Shown here piece by piece: positions 36,550 through 46,700 of a stretch of DNA of 64,000 bases. A model generated the notes under the pieces. The model saw nothing but the letters and a program-made list of their open reading frames with translations, did no database searches and was not told the origin of the DNA. Source of the DNA: Caldisericota bacterium (GTDB lineage Bacteria > Caldisericota > Caldisericia > JAAYUI01); assembly GCA_029548865.1 (NCBI GenBank), contig JAKPMO010000004.1, forward strand, positions 64,001-128,000, given 5' to 3'. The position numbers and the translations under genes were made by a program. Numbering within the stretch: the first letter of the stretch is position 1; each line of letters opens with the position of its first letter.

Positions 36550-39500
36550 ATGAAAATACTCAAAAACATTGTTGTAGGTCTTATCATTTTTTCCATGTTT
36601 CTTTTTTGTGGTCCCTCTTTTGCGGCCCAGGATTATGGGTATGCAAAAATAGATAAAGCTCTAATTGGAAAAACAGGCACCGTTAATGTCATAATAATCA
36701 CTGGTGACAAAACTGTTGTCGATTATGTTGGTAATCTTTCTTACTCCAACAAATTTTTCCAGGGAACAATTGAGTCTTGTATAAACAATTCCGTCGAGAG
36801 CGTTTATCTGCGGTGCAAGTCCATTTCACCTGATCTCACAAAAAGATGGGTTTTTAATACGGTGATTAATGGTTTTTCTTGTGAAGTCGATGCAAGTAAA
36901 TTGATTGATCTTGCCAAACTGCCTTCGGTGAAAAAAATTGTTGATGCAACATTCAGATATGAAATGCAAATCAACAAGCACCTTCCATATCTTGGTGTAA
37001 CAAAACTGAGGCAGATAGGAACACCTGATGGTAAAAAAGCGACAGGCGCTGGCATAAGAGTCGGTGTTATTGACAGTGGAATAAACTATAAGCACCTTGC
37101 TCTTGGTGATGGCTGGGGCAAAAGGGTCAAATTTGGGTATGATTTTGCCGATAAAGATTCTGACCCGCTTGATTTTATGGGGCATGGTTCACACTGTGCT
37201 GGAATAATTGGTGCCAATGGCAAGTATCTTGATACTCCAATAACTGGTGTCGCACCGGAAGCTACTTTTGGTGCATACAAAGTTTTTACTGTCGACGAGG
37301 GTGGAGCAAGACCGGACAATGTGGCCGCGGCGCTTGAGATGGCTGCAAAAGATAAGTGTGCTGTTGCCAATATGTCGCTTGGAAGAGCGTTATATTATGG
37401 TGGTGAGAATGAAGTTGAAGATCAGGCAATAAAAAACGCCACAAAAGCCGGAATGCTTGTTGTAGTTGCAGCAGGTAATGACGGTTATCGCTCGGATAGG
37501 TTGCCATTGCCAATAGGTGTTCCAGCAGTAACAGAGGAGGCACTTTGTGTTGCGGCAACTGATGAGCGTGGCAAATGTCTCATAGAGGTAATGACAAAAA
37601 CTGGTGAAACAAAGAGGATGTTGGCAAACAATCATATATGGGGCCTTCCATCCATAAACCCGGATGATTCCCTTTACGAGGTTGTTGATGGTGGCACTGA
37701 TCCCAACAAAATTCCTGATTGTGCTGGCAAGGTTTTATTGATTCAATATAAAGACAATATCAGAAGCTGGCACAGATTGGAAACTCAAAATTTCATTCGA
37801 AAACTAAAAACACTCAAATGCAAAGCTTTTATTTTCTGGTCCGATGGTTTTGATGGAACACCATTTACCCTCTCCTATTTTGAAAGCTTTGAAGATGCAA
37901 TGACTTTTCAGGTGCCCATCTATACCTTGAACAGAAGGGATGCAAAGATACTTCTGGATGCGGTAAAAGAAGGGCAGAAAATACATTTCAAGAGAATATC
38001 ATACCCTGGAGATTTTTCCTCGACTGGTCCGTACCTTGGACCAAGGGGTCTGAAATTCAAACCAGAAGTTTCTGCGCCTGGAATGTGGATTTTTTCAACG
38101 GTTTATGATGAGAAGAATCCGAAGGATGCTTGGGACTCATATTCTGGAACATCAATGGCGGCACCATTCGTAACTGGCATGTCAGCACTTGTAAAGAGTT
38201 ATCACCCTGATTGGCTACCATGGCAAATAAAAGCCTCACTTATGAATACAGCCAAGTTCCAGATCAATCCACTCAATGGTGACCCCTATCCATTGGTAAT
38301 CCAGGGGTCAGGGCTTGCCAATGTTTATGATGCTTGTACAACGCCAGTAATAACGGACCCTCCAGCATTTACCTTCCATGGTGGTAACTACAAGGATGGA
38401 GTAAAGATAAATCTTATCAATGTTGATTCGAAGAGGGCTACAGTAAAACTCACTTCCAAAGTGACCTTTGTCGGGGATGTTGAAGGTGTTGATATATCAA
38501 TTACTCAATCAGATGAAGTGGTCTCTCCACCGCCACAATCCTCACCAAGGGATGCAACTGCTTCGCTTGATCTCAAAATAAATCTGGACAAGCAAAAAGT
38601 TCCAAAAAATAGAGTTGTTGAGGGCTCAATTGAAATCACCATCGATAGTTCAACCCAGATCCATGTTCCGTTCATGGCTTTGTTTGGCGAGATAGAGATT
38701 TACAACTCTCTTAAATCGTTTTCAAATCTTCTCGTGCAGAATGACAAGATTGATGTTGCCCAGGGTGAAAAACCTGGAACAGTCAAGTTTCATGTTGGAG
38801 TTGGCTCAAAATCGTTCTTCTGGGGCAACCAATATGACAATTTTGCCTATATGACAAGGATATCTGTTCTAGATAAGATCTTGGATAGGTGGAGAGATAT
38901 TTATGAAGGCAATTATCTCATTCCAGGTGATTATGAATTCGAATGGGACGGAAAAGATATTGATGGAGATTTGTTCTTGCCAAATGGGCCAAATGGCATA
39001 GGAAGTTTTATGTACTATGAAGCCATAGTTGGTAGTACGCAAAATAAACTTGTTGAGAGTTCAGTGCCAAGGGATGCTCAAGCTTGGGTGGAGGTGATTG
39101 GTTCAGACAAATTACCGCTTCCTGAGCTGAATCTTAGTGTTAACCCAGAGTTTGGTGCATTGAATAAAACACTCACAGTGAAGATGTCTCTTGCAAGGTC
39201 GAGCCAAAATAAGGTCATAAGGTTCTCTCTGCTCTATGATGCAAAAATGGTAACTTACACTGGCAATTATAGAAGAGGTTCTATGACTGAAGATTCAACA
39301 AGTATGATGATTTCAATCGAGGATAACCAGGACGGTAAAATGACCGTGGAGATCTCGCCATCTTATGCTGGTTTAACATTGGATGGAACAGGCGATCTCA
39401 TGGAGATTGATTTTACTTGCAATAGGGTTGGTGGAACGGAGTTCGATACTTCTTTTGTAGAAATACTTGACAATGAAATTAAAAATATTAGATTCGTAAG

Positions 39501-39735
39501 ACCGTTGCCAGTTGAGGTGCTTATAACCGATCGGTATCTTTTGATCGGTGATTTCAACGTAGACTGGGTGGTAGATGACAAAGATCTTGTTATTTTCGGT
39601 CAGCAGTTTGGTAAGAAAGAGGGAGATCCCGACTACAACAAGCTGTGCGACATTAACAGGGACAAGGTCATCGACGAAAAGGATTTTATCTACTTCTCTA
39701 AACATTTTGGAGAAAGAAGTGAAAAACCAAAATAA
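36550..39735 (+). CDS. Secreted S8 serine protease 3 with cohesin and dockerin
   Basis: VIDSG, HGSHCAG, AAGN, GTSMAAP; FlgD-like FEWDGKDIDG; cohesin IRFSLLYDAKMV...LDGTGDLMEIDF; GDFNVDWVVDDKD...DINRDKVIDEKD. Confidence 0.92.
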   Translation: MKILKNIVVGLIIFSMFLFCGPSFAAQDYGYAKIDKALIGKTGTVNVIIITGDKTVVDYVGNLSYSNKFFQGTIESCINNSVESVYLRCKSISPDLTKRWVFNTVINGFSCEVDASKLIDLAKLPSVKKIVDATFRYEMQINKHLPYLGVTKLRQIGTPDGKKATGAGIRVGVIDSGINYKHLALGDGWGKRVKFGYDFADKDSDPLDFMGHGSHCAGIIGANGKYLDTPITGVAPEATFGAYKVFTVDEGGARPDNVAAALEMAAKDKCAVANMSLGRALYYGGENEVEDQAIKNATKAGMLVVVAAGNDGYRSDRLPLPIGVPAVTEEALCVAATDERGKCLIEVMTKTGETKRMLANNHIWGLPSINPDDSLYEVVDGGTDPNKIPDCAGKVLLIQYKDNIRSWHRLETQNFIRKLKTLKCKAFIFWSDGFDGTPFTLSYFESFEDAMTFQVPIYTLNRRDAKILLDAVKEGQKIHFKRISYPGDFSSTGPYLGPRGLKFKPEVSAPGMWIFSTVYDEKNPKDAWDSYSGTSMAAPFVTGMSALVKSYHPDWLPWQIKASLMNTAKFQINPLNGDPYPLVIQGSGLANVYDACTTPVITDPPAFTFHGGNYKDGVKINLINVDSKRATVKLTSKVTFVGDVEGVDISITQSDEVVSPPPQSSPRDATASLDLKINLDKQKVPKNRVVEGSIEITIDSSTQIHVPFMALFGEIEIYNSLKSFSNLLVQNDKIDVAQGEKPGTVKFHVGVGSKSFFWGNQYDNFAYMTRISVLDKILDRWRDIYEGNYLIPGDYEFEWDGKDIDGDLFLPNGPNGIGSFMYYEAIVGSTQNKLVESSVPRDAQAWVEVIGSDKLPLPELNLSVNPEFGALNKTLTVKMSLARSSQNKVIRFSLLYDAKMVTYTGNYRRGSMTEDSTSMMISIEDNQDGKMTVEISPSYAGLTLDGTGDLMEIDFTCNRVGGTEFDTSFVEILDNEIKNIRFVRPLPVEVLITDRYLLIGDFNVDWVVDDKDLVIFGQQFGKKEGDPDYNKLCDINRDKVIDEKDFIYFSKHFGERSEKPK

Positions 39736-40669
39736 TAGGATTATTGCTACAGAAGATGGTCAGAAAAAAAGGGCGGGTAAGAAAACGCCCTTTTTTTCTG
39801 GTCCTATCTGGCATGAAATCGTAAGGTATTCAGAACTTGTTATAGGGGCTGTGATATTTGGCTTTGGTCAGGTAACTTTTCTTGTTCCAGCACAATTGGC
39901 TCCAGGTGGGTTGAATGGTTTTGGCATTATCATCAATAGTGCCACCGGTTTTCCCGTAGGTCTTGCGTATTTTCTCATGAACATCCCGGGGTTTCTATGG
40001 GCGTTCAAACTTCTTGGGCCAAGGTACCTCTTAAGGACCGGCGTTGCCATTGCTGTTTCATCAGCTACCATGGATTTATGTGCCATGTTTATAGTCCCAA
40101 AACTCAATATCTTTCCAAATGGGCCGGACTATGTTTTGGCATCCATATTTGGAGGAGTTCTCCTTGGGATAGGTGTCGGCCTGATTTTCAGAAGCGGAGG
40201 AAGTGCCGGAGGAACCGAGGTCATTTCCCAGCTTTTATACTGGTCGACTGGCTATGAATATGGAAAAGCTGTCCTAGTTCTTGATTCGGTTATTATAGCT
40301 ATTGTGACATTGTATTTTAGAAATATTCAACTGGCCCTTTATTCAATCATCACCCTTTTTATCTATTCAATGGTTTTGAATATGGTTGCGTCTGGGATGA
40401 CGTCAACAAAACTTGTGATAATCATCACCAACGAGTGCGATAAGATAAGAAATGTAATTATGGAGAAACTTGGAAGAGGCGTTACGATATTGGATGCTGA
40501 AGGCGGCTATCGCTTTGATCCCAAGAAAATGGTTATTTGTGCAGTTCCTCAATCTCAGGTAAGCAGGATAAAAGAGTTTGTTAGGGAGGTTGATCAGGAA
40601 TCTTTTATGATGGTGTCTGACCTTTCAGAAGTTGTTGGAAAAGGTTTTGAGAGAAAATTACCCAAGTAA
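39719..40669 (+). CDS. YitT family membrane protein
   Basis: LAPGGLNG, MNIP, FGGVLLGIGVG, GGSAGGTE, LGRGVT, EVVGKGF; start probably GTG 39719. Confidence 0.9.
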   Translation: MKNQNNRIIATEDGQKKRAGKKTPFFSGPIWHEIVRYSELVIGAVIFGFGQVTFLVPAQLAPGGLNGFGIIINSATGFPVGLAYFLMNIPGFLWAFKLLGPRYLLRTGVAIAVSSATMDLCAMFIVPKLNIFPNGPDYVLASIFGGVLLGIGVGLIFRSGGSAGGTEVISQLLYWSTGYEYGKAVLVLDSVIIAIVTLYFRNIQLALYSIITLFIYSMVLNMVASGMTSTKLVIIITNECDKIRNVIMEKLGRGVTILDAEGGYRFDPKKMVICAVPQSQVSRIKEFVREVDQESFMMVSDLSEVVGKGFERKLPK

Positions 40670-40911
40670 ATATATCATTTCTAAAATGATTCACAAGAAA
40701 TAATTATCTATACTTATTTTCTTTTGATCATCTAAAATAACCTATTATTTTTGAATTTTTAAGAAACCAACAGGGAGAGGAATAGGAATACCCCCCAAAA
40801 AAATCTACCCATTTTTTTGTTATAAATCTTTGAACTCAAACTATCATATTACTAAATTAAATTATCCTTTAATGCAATCATATATACCAAGATAATAATG
40901 TAAAAATCAAT

Positions 40912-40941
40912 AAAAAAGCCCGAGGATATCCTCGGGCTTTT
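40912..40941. terminator. Bidirectional intrinsic terminator
   Basis: AAAAAAGCCCGAGGAT-ATCCTCGGGCTTTT inverted repeat between convergent genes. Confidence 0.85.
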
Positions 40942-40957
40942 AAAGTAGGTTTTGATC

Positions 40958-43726
40958 TTATGGCCGAATTTGTTTTGTGAGGATTATTGATTTTGTTGTG
41001 GCATCGTAAGTGACCTCAGCCCCGAATGCCTCAGCTATAAATCTGAATGGCACTGTTACTCTTCCGGATTTATGTGTTTCAGGAGGAGGTGATATTTTTA
41101 CACGTTTTCCGTTTACGATAGCCTCTGTTTTATTCACAACCATAGTTATTTTTATCTGACCATATTTTATCGAGATACTCTTGGTTTTCCCATCATAGTT
41201 GACCTCGGCCCCAAATGCATCTGCAATTGCCCTCAGTGGAACCATTGTTGTCCCACCTTTTATATAAGGTGGAGGATTAATTTGTACCTCAACTCCATCA
41301 ACCATCATTGTTTGACTGCCAACAGTGAGTTCCACTCTCTTTTCGGCAATGTTTATAATTATAACATCAGCCATTGTTTTGTTGCCTGATTCGTCGGTTA
41401 CTTCAATCTTGAATATATTTTTGCTTGGGGCCGGTTTTAGCGGGACAGTAATAGTAAATGTATTTGGGGCATTTTGTTTTCCATTTATTTCGATGCCACC
41501 AAAAATAGCTTTAGCGGTTACAGTTTCATTGGCACTACCCATAATTACATAGGAATCCTGATTTACTAGGTCCCCTATCTTATCGATTGTTATTTTGGGT
41601 GATGTAACATCTTTCACCATTTCAACTTTTACAGGCAGCTCTAGTTCACCCTTTGGCCATTTGACTATTACGATGCCAGTGTGTGTTTTACTTAGTGCGA
41701 GGCCATTCGTTGATATCTCAAATTCAAAAGTGGCTTCGTTGTCTGCCGGAATAATTATTTCTTCTACTGGAACTTTCAACCATGGCGTGGTGGACTTGCA
41801 GCTTATCTTATATTCCTTTTTTGCCTGGTTGATGATCTGGAAAGATTTTTTGATGTTCTCACCCTGCTTGACACCAGCCAGTTCAATTTCCTTTGGCGCA
41901 AGAAGTGGTGGTGGATTATATGTTTTTTGAGCCTGGATAGTGATTTCGCCTTCACCATAATTATATTCAAGCTCTGCTTTTTCGGTTACAAGTTGGTCCA
42001 TCTCAAGCGATTCAGGATTTGCTGTCGCTTTGATAGTTATTGTGTTTTCCGGGTCAATTTTCCCACTTGAAGGATCAAATGTAACCCACTTGCTTTTTGT
42101 AGTTATTTTGAATTTTGCTTCGTATGGTTCGGGGTTTTTAATTACGAATTCGATTGTACGCGTTGTGTCTTGTTCAACTTCGCCAAAATCCAATATTTCT
42201 GTAAATTCCAGTGGCTGTTTCATATAAACTTCAACATTTGTAGATGCAGAGAGTTTACCAATTGAGGCTGTAATAGTGCAATTCCCCTTTTCAGCTGGAA
42301 GGAAAACTCCAAATTGGTCGATTGTGCCATATTTTGGAGGATCAACTTTCCAAACCGGTTGCAAACCAATGATTTTTTTGCCATCCTGGTCAAGAACTGT
42401 TGCTTCAAATTGTATCTTTTCATTTACAAAAGCTGTTGGATTTTTTGGAGAAATATCAATTGAAGTTGGTTTTGGACCAGATTTCCCCTCGAAACAGATT
42501 ATGTTGTTGTCTGTAGTTGAAACAATGACCATGTTATCAAGCACAGCAGGTGGTGTTGGAACAGCTCCATTGGTCTCATATTTTGCAGCTATTTTGCCAG
42601 AAAGCTTGTTGATACAGTAAAGATTGTCATCATAGCACCCAATAAGAATGTATTTTCCAAAAATTGTAGGGGAACCAATTATTTTTTCTGGTAGTGTAAG
42701 GTTCCATTTTTCTTTTCCTGTTTCTATGTCAAGCCCGTACATTTTTGAGTCTACGCAACCAAAAAAAACTGAATTTGAATCTTGATCAACTGCAAAGCCA
42801 GAAAAGACATCATCTTGGGTTTTGAACTTCCAGAGAACTTTCCCTTTTTCCTGCTCGACACAAACTATTGTATTTGGTGTTGGTTTATCTTCATCATCAT
42901 TTGCAAAATAGTTTGTATTGGAACTTCTCTGATCTATTGACGCGATAATTTTATCTTTGTATGAAGAAATGTTTGCCAAACCTGTTCCACCATTGCCAAC
43001 AAATGAACTCCATATTTGGCGACCATTTGATGGGGACAGGCAATAGAGATTGTCCATTAGCACAAATAATTTATTGTTAGAAATGATTGGGGATGAATAG
43101 GAATAATAGTTTGAACTGCTTGTAATTTTATCAAGCCAGAGTTTTCCTCCTGACATGGAAAAACATGCTATTTTTCCAAGGCCAAAAGTTGTGTATATCT
43201 TGTCGTCGTAAATTGTTGGTTTCGGGGAGTAAATGATTGTTTGCATTACCTCTGAGATGTCGACATCATAGCTCCATAAGGGCATGCCGCTTTTTGTTGA
43301 AAGACATTTCATGCCCATAGCATCGCCATAAAAGATTTTCTCGCCTGAAATTGCCATTTGAGAAAACAACATTGGAAGATCCAGTTGTCTTGACCATATA
43401 ATTTTGCCATCAGTTGATCTCAGGCAATGCATCATTGTTTTTTTGAAATCGAGATCTTCTGTAATGGTGTAGATTTTTCCTTTAGCAGTCACTAGTGATT
43501 CTATACCAATAAAATCTGATTCTGGTATCTTGGATTCCCATTTTTTCTTCAGAAGTGAAACATCTTCAATGCAATGATCTTGAGCAACACCTGAATGTTC
43601 TTCATCTCCACCAAACATTGGATAAATGCAGCTGTTATTGTCATCATCATCTTCTGCGGTTATCATCGGCGGTGTGATTGAGCAAAAGACCACCAGTGAA
43701 ATCAAAATAGCGATAGTTTTTTTCAT
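40958..43726 (-). CDS. Secreted PQQ-like (BamB-type) beta-propeller protein with Ig/BACON-like domains and C-terminal stalk domain
   Basis: Signal MKKTIAIL; repeats such as LDIETGKEKW; TMVPLRAIADAFGAEV and VTVPFRFIAEAFGAEV. Confidence 0.85.
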   Translation of the reverse strand: MKKTIAILISLVVFCSITPPMITAEDDDDNNSCIYPMFGGDEEHSGVAQDHCIEDVSLLKKKWESKIPESDFIGIESLVTAKGKIYTITEDLDFKKTMMHCLRSTDGKIIWSRQLDLPMLFSQMAISGEKIFYGDAMGMKCLSTKSGMPLWSYDVDISEVMQTIIYSPKPTIYDDKIYTTFGLGKIACFSMSGGKLWLDKITSSSNYYSYSSPIISNNKLFVLMDNLYCLSPSNGRQIWSSFVGNGGTGLANISSYKDKIIASIDQRSSNTNYFANDDEDKPTPNTIVCVEQEKGKVLWKFKTQDDVFSGFAVDQDSNSVFFGCVDSKMYGLDIETGKEKWNLTLPEKIIGSPTIFGKYILIGCYDDNLYCINKLSGKIAAKYETNGAVPTPPAVLDNMVIVSTTDNNIICFEGKSGPKPTSIDISPKNPTAFVNEKIQFEATVLDQDGKKIIGLQPVWKVDPPKYGTIDQFGVFLPAEKGNCTITASIGKLSASTNVEVYMKQPLEFTEILDFGEVEQDTTRTIEFVIKNPEPYEAKFKITTKSKWVTFDPSSGKIDPENTITIKATANPESLEMDQLVTEKAELEYNYGEGEITIQAQKTYNPPPLLAPKEIELAGVKQGENIKKSFQIINQAKKEYKISCKSTTPWLKVPVEEIIIPADNEATFEFEISTNGLALSKTHTGIVIVKWPKGELELPVKVEMVKDVTSPKITIDKIGDLVNQDSYVIMGSANETVTAKAIFGGIEINGKQNAPNTFTITVPLKPAPSKNIFKIEVTDESGNKTMADVIIINIAEKRVELTVGSQTMMVDGVEVQINPPPYIKGGTTMVPLRAIADAFGAEVNYDGKTKSISIKYGQIKITMVVNKTEAIVNGKRVKISPPPETHKSGRVTVPFRFIAEAFGAEVTYDATTKSIILTKQIRP

Positions 43727-43737
43727 TCTGCCCTCCC

Positions 43738-46700
43738 TCATGGCATTTTGTCCATGTTAAGTGTTATTGTTTTTGTTTTTGGGTCCCATTCCACCTGCGC
43801 GCCAAGCGCTTCAGCAATAAATCTAAACGGGACCATTGTCTTCCCGTTGTAGATAATTGCTGGTGGTTTTATCAATTTGGTCTCTCCATCAACGATTGCA
43901 GTCTGGGAGCCAATAAATATGATTATCTTTCTTCCATCAAGTGTTATTGTGACAGAGTTGGTATCTTTGTTAAATTCTGTTGTAGCGTCAAAAGCATCGG
44001 CGATTGCTCTTACAGGTACCATTGTTGCCCCACGAAGTATAGTTGGTGGTGGGTTTATGGCCACTGATTTCCCATTTACGGTCATAGTTGCCACTCCGAC
44101 AGTCATGACAACCTTTCTTCTTTTTATGTTTACAATAAGCACTTCTTTGACTGTTTTATTGCCTGATTTGTCAGTACTTTCAATGATTATTGTTTTTTTA
44201 GAAGGTGCTTGGACAACTTTTATTTTTGCGCTGAACTGGGTTCCAGTGAGTTTTGCCTGAATCCCATCCACAATCACAGAGCAGCCTTTTTCTGTTTCTC
44301 CGGTAATTTCTGCTTCTGTTGCGTTATATATCGTTATGGTATCGGAAATTCTGATTTGTGGAGGCGTTTTGTCTGGCAGGGCATTGACTTTTACGGGTAC
44401 CTCGACATTTCCAAGGGGCCAATCAAACATGACTAGTCCATTGTATGTTTTGTTCCCTTCAAATTCCCAAGTTTCGATAGTTATTGTAACCGACCCATCC
44501 TTGCCAGATTTGATTGCTACACTTTCAGGGCTGTATTTGATCCAGTTAGCACTGGAAGAAATGGCCATTTGAACATCGTTTTTTGTGTTGTTTGATATTA
44601 TGATCGTTCTAGACTGTATTTGCGAAACTTGGATGTCCCCAATATCAATTTCTGTTCTTGAGAATGATATTCCCTTGCCTACCACTTTCACCTTGATGTC
44701 TTTTTTGTCATCTCCCCAATCAAGATTCAGTTTTCCTGTTAACCAGGCGCCATCAGGCAGTTTATCTGGCACAGTCCTGATTTTTAGAGTGTATGTTTCA
44801 CCTTTCTGGATATGAACACTTGGCAGCGAGCATTCAAACCACTCGTCGCTCTCACTAATTCTAATATCAATTGAGGTGCAAGACTGGTTTTTTACCTTTA
44901 GCTCCAGGGTTTTTTCTACACCAGGCTCGACCGTACCAAAGTCAATTTCGTCCGAACATTCAGGTGGTATTTTCCCTACAACTTCTATGTCAAGATTTGC
45001 TTCAAGTTTTTCTGTGCGGCATATTATTTTGCATTTGCCGATACTTGTTGCTTTGAGGACACCCTTATCGCTTATTGTAACAATCCCTTCTGGTTCTGAC
45101 GCCCAGGATACTGGATAACCTCTCATCTGATTATCTTTTGCATCCAGTACTGCGCCTTCAAGCTGAACTGTTTGTTCCAGCTCTACTTTTTCTCCAATAT
45201 TCCTGATTTCAAGTTTTGTTGGAACTGCATTTTCATCGTTATTTAAACAATAAACGATTCCTTCGTCGTCGACTGCATAAAGGTCTCCATTTACAAGGAT
45301 TACACCACTTGTGATGGGCGCTTTTGTTGGAACTGTCCATACCAAGGAACCAGCGTTTTTGTCGATGCAGAATATTTTTAAAGCTGTGTTGCCAAAAAAG
45401 AGTTTGTCGCCGCTTAAAACTGGCGTTGCTGATATTATGCCCTCGGAGTTAAAAATCCATTTCCTTGTACCTTTTTTTGCATCAAGGCAGTACATGAAAC
45501 CATCACTGCACCCAAAATACACAAATTCACCGTCTGAGATGATACTTGAGTGAATTTTCCCCTCAATTTTTGAGGACCATACATTTTTCCCAGATACTAG
45601 ATCAATGCAATTAACGAATGTTTGTTCTGATGCACCTATGTTGTTAGTAGATGCAATAGAGGTAACAATAAAAATATTGCCATTACTTATTGATGGAGAA
45701 TTTGTTGGTTTTCCACTAAGGGATGATTCCCAGATTATTAATCCTGTGCTGGATTCAATGCAATATAACTTGCTGGCTGATACAGCGTACACTTTCCCTT
45801 TGTCATATGCTGGATATGCGGATACACTTTCTCCTAGTGGAGTAGACCAGATTTTTTCTCCTGTATCGGAGGCAACACTATATAGATTCCCATCGCTGGC
45901 TGTGAAGAATATCCTGCCCGGTCTACTTATGGGTTTAATATTTACTTTACTATTTTTATCTGCGTCTATTTTGAAGCTCCATCGTTCTTTTCCGGTTTCC
46001 ACACTCATCGAATATAGTTCGTAGCTGGAACCAAAGAGGATATTGCCACCTTCAATAGAGGCCGAACCCTCATTTGTTGATTCCATGGATTCATTCCAGA
46101 GTTTTTCACCGCTTGATCTTTTCAAACAGAACAATTTTCCATAGTGATTCGAATTAGCGAGTGCGACAAAAATTTTTGACTGGTCAGAAAGTAGCGAATA
46201 GTTTGATTCACCAGCTTTTAATGCTGTTATCCAGGCTTTTTTCAAGTAATTTGATGTCGGTGCACATTTGGGGTCGCAAGTGAAGCTGTGAGTGGATGTT
46301 TTGCCAAAATTCTTCCATTCACATGAATTTGGATCCTCTTCTGATCCTGACAGTGTGTATGCCATCAATTCAACGCTGGCTTCCAAAGATCCAGAACTTA
46401 TTGTGATTTTACCTTTATAAATGCCACTTTGGGCCATTTTATCAGGAATCAGGGAAACTTTGATTTTCCCATCCTGACGCCCGTTAAGCGATATCTTTGT
46501 TTTATCTATCCTTATCCAATCACCATTTGTTATGGTGACTTTGAATTCTTGTTGGGATTGTTGGTTGTTTCTGACATTAATTTCTCTTTCCAGCTTTTGG
46601 CCAGATGTGATTTCGCCAAAATCAATAATGTGCTGATTGACGATTGATTCAGTATAACAGTGCAAAGTTCCATCGGCTTCTCCAACAACTACCATATTAT

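Noticed and set aside
25971..40669. Protease cluster or NUDIX gene as an island integrated at a tRNA
   Set aside because: No integrase and no duplicated tRNA 3' end noticed; the domain repertoire matches the rest of the window
40670..40911. Very AT-rich intergenic stretch as possible oriC or sRNA locus
   Set aside because: No DnaA-box cluster and no stable structure apart from the terminator; promoter-like hexamers are expected by chance at this AT content
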